NCBI GenBank assembly: GCA_049724395.1
Contig: JAUGWO010000129.1
Span: forward strand, 124,001-168,951
Origin: Spongospora subterranea f. sp. subterranea
Taxonomy: Eukaryota
Direction: 5' to 3'
Length of the DNA stretch: 44,951 bases
Positions 25,405-37,445 of the stretch are shown here, in pieces. Both the position numbers and the translations under genes were made by a program. The notes beneath the pieces are model-generated. The model was not told where the DNA came from, did no database searches, and saw only the letters and a program-made list of their open reading frames with translations. Numbering within the stretch: the first letter of the stretch is position 1; every line of letters begins with the position of its first letter.

Positions 25405-25696
25405 CTGCGATGTTCCGTGTTTTCGAATTTGGAGCCAACAACCAGGTGAGGAACGGGGTTTGGTTGGCCCGCTGGCGCTACGCCCTGTCAGGTGTTACAC
25501 TCATCACCCAGCCGTGGTGTAGCTGATGCAGCAGTTCACCCACACCAGACTGTCACAGATGGACGAGAGGTTGGCGGGACCAACCGCTCGTTCAGCAGTC
25601 GTTATCAACACCCCGCTCGCCACGCCCCCGGGGCAATACATTACCCGCTCAAATTCAAAAACGCAGACTGTTGACCAGAATTGGGTTTAGGTGAGG

Positions 25697-27181
25697 ATGG
25701 TGGAATCATCACATAGGCGATTAGTATGTTTATTGGCCAGTATCATGTTCGTGATAATGTTGATCTGGATAAAGGATTCGTCATTGCGATACGACTTGAT
25801 CGATGTTGGGCCATTTCATGAACCCCGATCGGACCCAACCTATACATCGAAATATTTCGATATTAGTCTCAGGCCTGAGATGGACTCTGTATTCGTATTG
25901 GCCAAGATTGCTCGGAATCATTCATATCTGACGGTTCAAGTATATACTCGACGGCCGGATTGTGTGAGAAATGGGAGTTATTGCTCATATCGATTCTACG
26001 CCGAAGGCGATGAGGCTTTTGGTGGAGCACTACACCCAGCATCGTCTGGAACTAATTCCGATTCTGTCGCAAAATTCCTATCGAATCCCATCAAAATCTG
26101 GTCGAACCCAATGTCGTTAGCCATATCGACAATCGTCGCTTGCCCGGCTAATCCATTTCCTCAAACCAATGTTCATTACGAGCTGATCTCTAACCCATAC
26201 ATCCAGATTCAATTCCAGAACATCACCAGCGATATTGGACTAAACCGAGACCATTTGAGGAACTGTTCTCGTGATTCTCTTCAGGATTTCCGTTGGGTCT
26301 CGGCATCGCGAGTCAGATCTGAGGGATCGATGATCGATCCTCGAGAATACAGTGTCAATCCGTATTTTGAGCAGCAATATGTGCTGGTGCCGGAACAATG
26401 TCGTGATCATTGGATAACTTCAGATGAGATAATGAAGGCGCTGGATGGAAAAGGGCTGGACATTGTCCTGGTCGGTACGAGTCGAATGAGGGAGCTGTTC
26501 AACGATTTCAATGTGGCGTTCGACTCGACCGATAACCTGATCGCCCCAGGATACGAAGACTCATGGGCGAAAGTCAATGATCAGATCAATATCGGGCACT
26601 GCTTCACTGTAATCAAACGACATCAACAACGAACAGTAGATTGGATTCGGGAGCGGTTTATACACTTCGCTAACGAGCACAATATCTGTGGAGACGGCGA
26701 CGACCGAATTCAGGTGATTGTGGTGTCGTTCGGGATCTGGGAAGCGATGATATTCCCGGTCGATGATCCCGACACGTATTTCCATAACTATACCGATACG
26801 ATCATCAGCGCCATTCTGGATCGCTGCACGAAGAGGAACGAGAAAGTGATGATCATGACCCAACCGTATCAGCATGAATGGTTTCAACCCGTTCCCGATC
26901 AGGACCAGATCATGGGATCGGATCCGGTAAGAATCGGGTGGATCGTGGAGAGCGCTCGATTCCCGTTTCTGACGAAGATGAACCGGGTCTGGGAGCGGAT
27001 CGCGTCCGACCACGATCTAACGCTAATCAATGCTGGGGATATAACGGCGGGTAGAAGGCGAGCGGCTGTCGACAATCTTCATTACCGGGTCAATCCCGAT
27101 ACCATTAGGGGGAACGAGGTCTCATTAGCAATACTGCAGAGGATACTCTATCACCTGGTTCGGTTCGCCACCGACCAGTAA
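25697..27181 (+). CDS. Type II membrane SGNH-fold O-acyltransferase/esterase (PC-esterase/TBL/NXPE-like); intronless
   Basis: TM LVCLLASIMFVIMLIWI; IVLVGTSRMRELF (GxS nucleophile block), VVSFGIWE, N-x-x-W and DNLHY (DxxH). Confidence 0.75.
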   Translation: MVESSHRRLVCLLASIMFVIMLIWIKDSSLRYDLIDVGPFHEPRSDPTYTSKYFDISLRPEMDSVFVLAKIARNHSYLTVQVYTRRPDCVRNGSYCSYRFYAEGDEAFGGALHPASSGTNSDSVAKFLSNPIKIWSNPMSLAISTIVACPANPFPQTNVHYELISNPYIQIQFQNITSDIGLNRDHLRNCSRDSLQDFRWVSASRVRSEGSMIDPREYSVNPYFEQQYVLVPEQCRDHWITSDEIMKALDGKGLDIVLVGTSRMRELFNDFNVAFDSTDNLIAPGYEDSWAKVNDQINIGHCFTVIKRHQQRTVDWIRERFIHFANEHNICGDGDDRIQVIVVSFGIWEAMIFPVDDPDTYFHNYTDTIISAILDRCTKRNEKVMIMTQPYQHEWFQPVPDQDQIMGSDPVRIGWIVESARFPFLTKMNRVWERIASDHDLTLINAGDITAGRRRAAVDNLHYRVNPDTIRGNEVSLAILQRILYHLVRFATDQ

Positions 27182-27262
27182 CGCAGATGGCGCTATACCA
27201 CCCTCTCTGTCATTACCGGATCGAATAAATATATATTTGAAGGGGGTTTTATTGCTCCATCA

Positions 27263-29266
27263 TCATCTCAGTGCATTTGTGATAATGGAATAAAGCGCCG
27301 CTTTTCCACTGCAATTACCAGGTAGATATTGATATGGGACATCCAGAGCCGACCCCATCGTCTGTACCGCTGTACCATGGTCAACCTCATCCCAAGATTG
27401 ATCCAGTATCTTCAACTGAGTTCCTCGACGAAGGAATAACAGGATTGATAGAGGCACATGCCGATCCGTTATAATCACGATCGACGCCTTGCAGAGAACG
27501 GCGCCGATGGTTTTCAGGTGATGATCGATAGTGGAGATGTGCCGAACTATGAAGTAATCTCTCAAGTAGTCAGGGAGATGGCCCAACGTAGAACGACCTG
27601 ACGATAGGAAGACAATGATCCGACCTTGTTGGAGTTCATCCGGATACGCCGTTGGAATTTTCATCGCGTTGAATAAAGTGGTTCTCGCTTGGGATATTGC
27701 AGATCCTGTCCACCCGCTAACCAAATATCCAATATTAACATGATGAACGACGTTATCTGATGACGTTATTAAACGATCTCCATCGAGCTTCATAAGAGAA
27801 AGGAGTTCGCGAAACAACTGATGTGAAATCTGATCGGGAAACGATGGAATTAATATTGGGACGTAATCTGGGAGAGATTGATAGAACTGGGCGATTTGAC
27901 CAATCAGATCTGGAACCATTATATGATAGTCTTTTTTTGTTGATCGAGACAGGTCAACTATGCAGGAACAATTGAGAATATATTCAGCCGATATCGCATT
28001 CAGGGACCGGATTTCACCAATATTTGCTGCGATTGGTGTTCCCGATGAATGAAATATTTGAGGGCCGATCATAAACAGACAAGGCGTCATGACGATTTCG
28101 ATAGATGAACCGTTATCTGTTATTGATTGAGCGATTGTCCAAGACGGCAGCTGATAAACCCCATCATTTTTGACCGAAGTTGGGGGCGATCGATCGGATA
28201 GACGAGGACAATCCATCATTAGATGGATTGGGCGGGGATCCTGGCAGTTCAGGGCCGCGAACCCGTTCATCGTGGGGGTATATTCATTACCGTTGAGATC
28301 GGTGGGCAATGTGACCATCTCGTTGGCCAACACAACCTGACCGACGTGTTCGGTACCGGTGGCGACGGCCGGGAATCGTCTCCCTCGATTGTGCTGGCAC
28401 TGATGGGAATCGTAGATCGCCGCCTGATGTTGAACATGAGGCCAGACATAACGCAGAAGGAATTCCTGATCGGCGGTGCGATGGTGTTGATCGCGTTCAT
28501 CGTGATTCAATAGGACGTGGGTCAGGTTCAGAACTCGTTGTAGTCCTGGGCGATATCCACCCCACATTCCAGCCAGGATTGGGAAATCCTTATTATGGTG
28601 AACGTTATCCCGAACAATGATGATGCTACCGTTGACGGAATCAGCTGGATCCCGTGTCAATATCCAATGACGAACAACGGCAGCATCGCGTCTCGATAGC
28701 CGCGAATCGACGTCTCGTATAATGAAATACTCAACGACTGGATCATCGGCGACGAGAAATCGCCACATTGTTCCTGTTATTGATCGAACGACGGGAGATT
28801 GATCAGAAATGTTCACGAACTCGACAAGTTCATTGTATTTCCTCGAGATATTGTCGATATACCTTCTGGGGACCGTATCGTCATGGTATACCCGGACCGT
28901 CCATCCTGGATAATTGATCGACGCCAATCGAAGATTAACCTCGATCCCATCCAGATATCGTCGATCGGTTCCATACAGAGCGAAGCTGATAACTCGCTTC
29001 ATCGGAGACCTGATCTGGCCTCGTATTTGGTAATTTAGGGAGCGAGGATGACGAGCGATCGAATCTATCAGGCGTTGCGCCATAGGTTGGGGAGTAAGAT
29101 CTGATGGATGCTCTTCTTGACAGGTCGTAAATTCCTGAACGGGATTGCCGATAAACCCAAACTGGCGAAGGTTGATCATGACCAGCGCCATTGATATCGA
29201 ACTGACCACGATAATCAACCTGACACTTCCTATGCGACGAGGAAACCCGCTGGAATTGCCCACCAT
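27263..29266 (-). CDS. Type II membrane two-domain protein: uncharacterised GT-A-like domain plus a C-terminal GT61-like domain; intronless
   Basis: TM near the N-terminus; VISFALYG...YPGWTVRVY...MWRFL...IIRDVDSRL (DxD)...RDNVHH...ILAGMWG...DQEFLLRYVWP. The C-terminal half has YHIMVPDLI and KASIVI...ILLFLRRGTQL, loosely GT61-like. Confidence 0.7.
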   Translation of the reverse strand: MVGNSSGFPRRIGSVRLIIVVSSISMALVMINLRQFGFIGNPVQEFTTCQEEHPSDLTPQPMAQRLIDSIARHPRSLNYQIRGQIRSPMKRVISFALYGTDRRYLDGIEVNLRLASINYPGWTVRVYHDDTVPRRYIDNISRKYNELVEFVNISDQSPVVRSITGTMWRFLVADDPVVEYFIIRDVDSRLSRRDAAVVRHWILTRDPADSVNGSIIIVRDNVHHNKDFPILAGMWGGYRPGLQRVLNLTHVLLNHDERDQHHRTADQEFLLRYVWPHVQHQAAIYDSHQCQHNRGRRFPAVATGTEHVGQVVLANEMVTLPTDLNGNEYTPTMNGFAALNCQDPRPIHLMMDCPRLSDRSPPTSVKNDGVYQLPSWTIAQSITDNGSSIEIVMTPCLFMIGPQIFHSSGTPIAANIGEIRSLNAISAEYILNCSCIVDLSRSTKKDYHIMVPDLIGQIAQFYQSLPDYVPILIPSFPDQISHQLFRELLSLMKLDGDRLITSSDNVVHHVNIGYLVSGWTGSAISQARTTLFNAMKIPTAYPDELQQGRIIVFLSSGRSTLGHLPDYLRDYFIVRHISTIDHHLKTIGAVLCKASIVIITDRHVPLSILLFLRRGTQLKILDQSWDEVDHGTAVQTMGSALDVPYQYLPGNCSGKAALYSIITNALR

Positions 29267-30646
29267 GTGCCCAGGAAGTCGCTAAAGGGGTTTCGTGTTG
29301 AGTGGGTTGGGCCAATTGGAGTGTCTATGAATGCACACCTGTGACCAGTGACTTGCCTGCCAATGCAGTTGATGGCACACGGATGGACTGGCCATACATT
29401 CCATTCACTGGCAATAGGTCAATCAACGCCAGGAACCTATATAAGACGTGTTTCTGCCTAGTGCGAAGACCGGATAGAGGTCGCTATCTGATAACAGTTC
29501 CCTGAGGACACGATTATGCAAAGTGGTTGCGTATACGAATGATGGCAGAGGCAGTCGATAGGAAAGCGATCACCATTTTTAGAGCATTGTTCGGTCAGAT
29601 AGCCCTCGAGAATATCGTTGAAGAGTTTCTATAGCTTGGCGCGAGGCGCTCCCAGCACCGCTCTTGCCTTCAACCGTTTCACCTGCTCATTCCGGAAACA
29701 CTTTTTGCAACACGTTCCCGATTTAATCCGTTTTAGTAAACCAAAACTTCTTCGATTTATTCGATTTCGGATTATCGGAATCAAGCACAAATCAGGGAAC
29801 GTACACGAGTTCATCGTGCAGATTGACACTCTGGCTGTCGACAACATTGCATACTGGTGGCAACTGGACCAATATTCATAATGGAAAGGTTTAGGACAAT
29901 CCAAACTGTATTGACGAGCGTTGAAACGATTGACGATCTGTCAGACGGTTTCTGGAATGGTGGTGATAGAACCATATGATGACGACCAGAATCGGACGCC
30001 TTTGATCTGGTGAGACCAATGGCATCGCGCCCAATGGTGACATTGCAGACCAGAAACATCCAAATGACGACAAGATTCCTGATGACGTCGAGCAATCAAG
30101 AGAAGCGCAAAGATGGCAGCCTGGGCATTTTCATCCATTGATAGTCACCTGCCCAAATCGGCTGCGAGATTGGAATCCTCGCGGGCGATCGAAAAAATCC
30201 GCAATGTTGTTTAACCGATATTTTCACGATTTGCGGTGGTATTGACAAATCATCCAGCGCGACTCCAAGTACAATCAATGTCAATCACATCGATTTTCGG
30301 CGCCATGAGAGAAAACGGCGTTGACGACGATATAGCATTCTGATTGATGTGGTTTTTGAAGGGCGTTTTCCTGCAATGTTGCGGCGTCCATCCGCTTCCT
30401 TTGTTTGACTGGAATTCTGACGCCAACAACGGAGGGACCGACACACAACCGCTGATGATGGTCCGACCATAGGATATCCTGGTGGTATATCGGGGGGTCG
30501 AGGATAGGGTTGACTGCCATACCTATGGGGTAGATGGAGGGTGTGGGCCTTCACAGGTAGATAATAAAGAGGGAGGCGAACATGGGTGGCGCTAATGGGA
30601 AGGAGTACATCCCATAGTGATATATCGGAGAGGGGTTGGGGATCGG

Positions 30647-33600
30647 ATGGAGCCCATTGATCAACATGTTGAGGGGGACGGATTCTCCACCAACGCCACA
30701 GCTCCCGACGTTGCCGTTCAACCATCACCCGGACTCACCTTAGATTGCAGGAAATGCAATTTGAAATTCAAGGTGACTTGAAACTTTCGCTCCTCGACCA
30801 ACAATAACTGTTTTGTTTAGACTCGGGAAGAATTGTCGAATCACCTATCTTTTTTCTGCCAAAATAGCAAATATGCTGATATTGAAAAATTCAAACAAAG
30901 TATATTGCAGGAGTCGTATTCAGGGACAGGAAATCAGCCAAACTTATCTTTTGAGGGAATTCGGAATTTTATCAATGCCGGAACGGGAGCTATCGGTAAG
31001 GTTAGCTTAGCTGAATTACGTAGTCAAATTCGAGGAGACGCGACAGCAATGGCGGATGTAAAGACTGAGGTGCTCAAGCAACGAGAGAAAGAGCTGCTCT
31101 CGAATTTACGGGCACTCAAGTCGAACCATAGTGAAATTATGTCTAAGCGTATGGAAGAGGAGACGCGGATACAAACAATGATTGGAGACTTAGATGAGCA
31201 AAGGTCGTCCGAAATTAGAGCTCGCATGGAGAAGGAACGGGTCAAAGACGCTTTGCAGAAAATCGATAAGGCCAATCTACAAGCCCTTGAAATTGAAAAA
31301 AGGCAAGAGATAGACGAACTCATCAAAGAGCAAGAATTTTTGAAGAAGAAAGAGATGCTAGCGTTAGAAGAGATTCAAAAATTAGTTGGACAGATAGACA
31401 CGAATAACTCCAAGATGGAAAGTACTCCATTGAAACGGTCTGCTCTAAGTTTGCCATGGGGGAATCAACTTGAAAACCCAGTGAGCGCTACAGACTTCCG
31501 CCAAAAGTTTGCACAAACTGGACGTAATTTAGGTGAAGAAGCGGCTAAACTAAGGATAATACGGCAGCAGAGAATGGCTGAAAGAGGGGCAATTGTCACA
31601 AAATTAGAGGCTATGACCAGATCAACAAATGGCCAAACTCCATCCCCGACAGAGCGGATATCGGAAAATCAACGGCGAAAGTTGATTGAGACCTTGAAAG
31701 CAAAGCAGGTACGGTTGGGTGCGGTTTGCTCGCCGACTTCGATGACGAGAAATTTCAAATAGACGGAAGAAATGGCGACCCTTGTCAAAATGAGAGAGAA
31801 ACTAGAATCTTTTCAGGAAGAGCAAAACAAAGAGTTTTCTCAGCCAATACAAGTTTCCGCCTCAGAATCCGAGGTCATTATTGAAGAAGTACAGCCTCAA
31901 ATCTTAACAGTGGCATCGCTTTCAGACAAAATGACTTTAGCAGACACAACCTCTCAGGTCTTTGAATCGGTTTCCGATCAGGGCGCTTCAGCATCAGCTC
32001 CAAGTCGTGATGTTCCCTTGAAGAGTGTGTCTCCGGAAGTCAATAATCGCGTCCGGCCAACTGCCAGCGCTGGAGCTGCAGAAGTGCATTCTAAACAATC
32101 ATCTCCTGTCACAATCGAAAGCAGCAACAGTGCAATTGTTGATAATTCTAACGATAATAGCGCACAGATCGCCCTTATCATGGACGAAATTGAGCGCCTA
32201 AAGAATTCTGTTTTTCAGGAAAGGTACAAAAATTCGAGGATATGGTATCTTTATTCAGTTTTCCAATCAGAGAAACCCCTAGCTCCGAATCAATAAAACA
32301 AGACTCAATTCGACACGGTCGCAGAAATACAAGTGATGCAACAAAGTATCCGGCCGCGAACGTATCTCCATGGAATCATGCAATTGAAGATCCGGTATTT
32401 TCAGCGGTGGCGTCGTCCAATCCTATCATTACGCAGTTGCAGCAGCAAATGTCGCAGACTCAGATCATTCTTCAGCAACATCAATCGGAGAATGCCAGAC
32501 TGCAGCAGGAGCTCAGCGATATTGAGATGTCCAACGATGTTCAACGCCTCGAGCGTCAACGAAGAGATTTCGAGGCGACGTTGCGGTTGATGACAGCCAA
32601 GTTATCTTCTCAAGCTGGAATCGCACTACCACCCGATCCTGAAAGCTTTGATCGTCCTCAGCACCGGCACCATCGGAATGCTGACTTCAGTTTCGGGTCT
32701 GAGTATTTCGAAATCGGTCATTCTGCTGTATCTCACAGACTGTGATTCAGGGCAGAATCAGCTGACTTAAGTCGGATGTCTGCAATCAATACTCGTTCGG
32801 TACCGAAAGATTCGGAATTGTACAAAATCGAAATGGAGCACTTGACAAAGCTAACCAAGTTGCGGTTTCAAAAAGAAATCAACAAAGAAGAACTTGAACT
32901 TTCCATTATAAGGCAAGAAAATGAACTTAAAGTGCGGGAACTTGAACAAAAGCGAAAGCACGCAGAGTTTATGGCCGAACAACAAAGGAAACTCGAGAAG
33001 CAACGAATTAGGCAAGAATTGGTCCGCGATCTAGTATGCTACAACATAAATTTACTGTAAAATGATGTCTAACTGGATCTCAGCCTCTATCAGACTTCAA
33101 GGTTCCTCTCACAATTCGATACAATGCGGTAGATGGGTTCACTGTCATTTGGGATTTCGTATACGGGCTCGATAAAACGCAAACTGCCGTCCGATTCGTC
33201 TATCAAATCCTGGATGGAGGTAAGTCAATTAACAAAACTCTTGCTCAGATCTCTTATATTATCGGTCAGGTTCACCGAAAAGTACTGTGAATCAAACCGA
33301 GGTTTTCGAAAGCCAAGCTGACGGTCCATCTTCATCATCGAACCGAATCTGTGTCTGTGGGCTTGTTTCACATTTTCCTCGAGTGCCGCCGTTGAAGTCA
33401 CTGAAACTGCTTGTTGAAGTTCAATCACAGCTCGCTGGTCCAGCAGGGCCAGGTCTGCCTCCACAAACGCAAAGTATCGGATGGACCATGTTTGATCTGT
33501 TTTCTGACGACAGCTCGCTTCTGACTGGCTCCTGGAAATCCCCTTTGTATAGCGGGCCAATTCGTAAAGAATGTCCAGCGTCTTCATTGAAAACACTTTT

Positions 33601-36512
33601 GAAATCGTATATGCATCACTCGGCCAGTGTATTTCTTCGAATATCGTCCGCAAAAGACGATTCGATCCAACCGGGAGGTGATCCGGATTTAGTTATGCAA
33701 TTCTATAAAGAGCAGTTCCTTCATGAGGCGCCTATAGGTCTGAATTGGCCAGGAAGGGACGCCAGTCAACAGCCAAACGAAGTCAATTTGGAGAAATATG
33801 CCAGAACTGATCGGGCTGCTTCGAGACGCATATCAAGAGTAAATTCCTTGACTGAGATTCAATCAAGACCTAATGGGACACCTGAGTCAACGCCTGACAA
33901 GGAACTTCCAGCTGAACCCGAGAAAAAGTCATTAGACGTTGGATTCGCAATTCATTCAGCTGAGCTGCCATATTCTTTCGCCCGAATCCGCCTTTCATTA
34001 TGGTCTAAAGAAAAACAAGCTGTTGTTCAAAGCCCTAGCGACGTTGATCCTTGGATATGGTCATCTTCGTATGCGCAGGTTTGCCCAAAACCTTTCCAAA
34101 TAATAACCTTTTTTGATCTGGCAATAGGTTGGTGCATCTGGAGGATTGGGCGTTTTTGAATGGGAAAGCTGTTGCACGTTCCAACGATGCCCATATGATG
34201 TCGCCATAATGTTGCTTATAGAAGTGATCATCACATCAAATCGTCCAAACAAAGGTTCAGTCGGGGTCGATATTAGTGATGGAGAAGAAATTGTTGCATA
34301 CTCATTAGCAGAGATTATGCGAAATGATAAACTGTGCACTGGTCCAAACGTCCTCAGATTTTCGACCGGTCCGATATCATGGCCGTTTCGACCTTCATCT
34401 TCCCTCAACGACGTTTGTTTAACCATTGAAATTTTTCATGGGGGCCAGCTGCCCACCTTGAAAACTGTTTGCTTACTTGTTGACGAATCCAATGAGTCTA
34501 CATCTATCCTTCCGTGGATTGAAGCGAAGGTAGTGCTAGAAACAAATGAAATCTGCAGGCAGTTTTGAAGATATGCATACAGGCCGCGAATTTCAATGAA
34601 GAGCTTTTCGAGGCTGGAGACGGCTTCGATGTTTACGTAGATTCTTGCCGCTTTTTACCAGATAATGTTTTGCTTTCTCGTGTAACTTTAAGCTGCTGGA
34701 CCAATGATTTCGGCAATATTGTCGGAGACAGCGCAAAAGCGGTTTGCCACCCAGAAAGTCAAATTCATTGCCCACGATTTGATCTGAGGCAAGAGTATCG
34801 CTCGCATGCTTTCAACCCAACCTGCACACTGGGTAAGCCAAATAGTATACCCTGTCGAGGTCGTTCTTTGAGTTGTATTGCCCACAGAGTTGGTCATCGA
34901 AGCTATCGAGCAAGGTTCGCTAAAACTGAAGGTATACCTCAAAATCGTCACATTCAGTACGCTGATATTTCAATGTTTGCAGCTAGTTGGTGTGGCAGTA
35001 TTGAACGTGTTCTATCTCAAACATGATCGATTGCAGCCGAGCCAAGCACAACAGCAGGAATTTTGCCTAAATTCTGGCTCTTTTCAGCTCCCTTTATATG
35101 TCGATTTGATTCGCGCGAATGGGACGTTTTCTGTTGCAACATATACTACAGCTTCAAAGTGTAAATATTGAGCATCAGATGCTGTCGACATCGAGGATTT
35201 GAATGTTTCGTCGTCATTTAGTACCATGTGCGACAGTGCTCGTTCGAATTGTACCAGCAGCAAAATCCTCAGAATTAGGAGAGGTGTTGAGCACAAAACA
35301 GGTTCCAGAATCAGAGTGGGAGAGTTCAGGTCTCATTGTTCCCGCCTTACCGTATAGTAGAGGGTATTTTCAAAACTATCCTCTTTTCAAAGATGGTCTC
35401 TTAGTTTATAACAGCTGCTACGATTCGAGTCGCTGCCATCCCTCTGCCATCGAAGCCAAATTGTACAACTTTTTGGGTAAAAAGGACACCGTCCTGGTGG
35501 AAAGCGTTGTAGATCAGGTTTCTAGCATCACATGATGTCCATGGTTTTGTTTTCTGACATAGCTTCCTCACAGCTGGAAGGCAATGCAGAAACTATTTCG
35601 CAGCAAAACAGTAACGATATTATGGCATGGATTGAGAAAAAGATCCTTGAGGCTACACTTCCTGCTGTAAAAGGAAGAGTGCCTATGGTGCCCATTGATT
35701 TGAAGCATTTTGCTCACTATAATCCAGTTACCGGGTTTCGTATCGCTATCGATGCGGGATATTATATCGGTGATGGGCAATCATTACCATTTGCAGTCTA
35801 TTCTGTTTCCCCTCCCGCCGACTTTTACAAGCCTTTTCCCTTAACCGAAGATGTTCAAGTAACTGGGCAGTGGGACTGGGATAGCTATCTCAAATGGCCG
35901 ATGTTTCTCAACGGTTATACAACGTTTCGCGATGTTGATTTAAATGAGTTCGCCATAGTCGTTATCGACGTGAGATTATTAAAAGTAAGTTCTTCGTCGG
36001 CTGGAACCGTTGAGCCGTTTGGGTGGACTGCCCTTCAAGTGTTCGACAGCGAAGGCTACATAGGCATGGGAACCTTTCAGCTTCCGCTTTTCAAAGGCTC
36101 TCCTCCGATGGACATTCTCGAAATGATGCAGAAGGAGGACATCGCTTCTGTGATTTGGCGTGAATCTGGCAAGCCGGGCGCAAAACGTCGCAAAGCCTTG
36201 AAACTTGCGCCACTCACTTTTATGGAACCTGCCTCTGTCATTGTTCGCATAGCTGATTCTCAGTTGGGAAACTTGGCGCCGTCCAAGTTTAATTTACGAG
36301 CCACTGAACTACTATATGTTGAATGGGAAAGACGCGACAAGTATGAATGCGACCTCGAACAAGTGTCTAAAGGAGCAATGTTCGGTTTAGGTCAGAAGCC
36401 GCAGAGGTTATCGAAACTTATGGCATCATCGGATGGGACTGTGCAGCAGTTTGAGACCGCAATGTTGAAACTCATAGCCTCAAATTTGGCAATCGACCAT
36501 TTAAACAGATAA
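30647..36512 (+). CDS. CCDC17-like protein: N-terminal Zn-finger, coiled coils and repeated C2-like domains; multi-exon
   Basis: Exon 30647-30772 plus a 48-nt intron (30773-30820) reconstruct CRKCNLKFK/TREELSNHLSFFC. There are long coiled coils. YNAVDGFTVIWDFVYGL (~33120) and IGWTMFDLF...LLTGSWKSPLY resemble CCDC17, and similar modules recur (GDGFDVYVD, YNPVTGFRIAID, GWTALQVF...GTFQLPLF). Confidence 0.7.
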
Positions 36513-36678
36513 TATTGATACGCATATCTATTTGTACTGATCAGTTGAAAACAAGGTAATTTCGTTCGGACAACCGATGAAGATCCTACTGTGTATGCTA
36601 CTGTGGCTTGTGATTGTGAATGCATCCCCGTAAAACCTCTTGGTAATGAGCGTAGACCGTTTCAATCTCTTGAACTCA

Positions 36679-37402
36679 CTACAATTTCGATCGTCTCTTT
36701 TTCCGAAACCTGATTTTTTCTCTCTGCAACCATTCTTCAATGTTCAACGGTTCATTGGCAAAAGAAGTTCGTGCTTGAGAGCGCTGCTGGACAAGAACCC
36801 ACTGTTTCTCTGGAATCTTTGAGTACGTCCTAATTTTGAGATATGGGACATTTTCTAATAGAGACTGGCATGGTTCTGATTCCGATCCGCTGGATGAAAC
36901 TTTCTCCAGTTTTAGTTTTGCCAATTTCCGTCGATGGAAGTCTATAAATTGCGGTTAATATACGATGTAACATGTTGTAACTTACTTTTATCGAGAAGTC
37001 GTGTCCTTTTTGACGAATGGTCCTTCTGTCTTTTACATTTGCTAGAACCATCGAGTGGTTCTGGTCGTTCGGGACTAAAATCATCATGAAGCCTCCTGTG
37101 TATGCTGCTCCTTTCTTTATCAGTTGGGCATTGTTGCTTGTCCAAATTTGTTTTCAACGAGAACTTGTCTGCGAGCTGGGTGTTAGTCAAATCATGTCCA
37201 AACTTCCTTTTTCCAACCTCATGATGATTCAACATAATATATAGGATAATGACGAGTTGCCGCAATCATCAAATGATGATCGCAGTTCCCTACAGTGGAC
37301 ACGTTACCAGACTGCAGTTACCGTTTGAGACAGGGTCCAGTAGGCATGGCATTCCGTGATCCAATGCTGGACTGGGATGCACTCAGGGGATGAAACACTC
37401 AT
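36679..37402 (-). CDS. Hypothetical small basic protein; multi-exon, uncertain
   Basis: Protein-like segments (HHEVGKRKFGHDL...KRTRLLDK; IEEWLQREKIRFRKKRRSKL) with possible short introns and an ATG at 37402. No family recognised. Confidence 0.35.
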
Positions 37403-37445
37403 GGTTACATAAGCAGACAGTATAATTTAATAAAGACCCTATAAA

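Noticed and set aside
29500..30640. Decayed minus-strand gene or transposon with a Pro-rich segment
   Set aside because: Frames are fragmented and no diagnostic motif is present; ORF 30285-30728 overlaps the better-supported CCDC17-like first exon.
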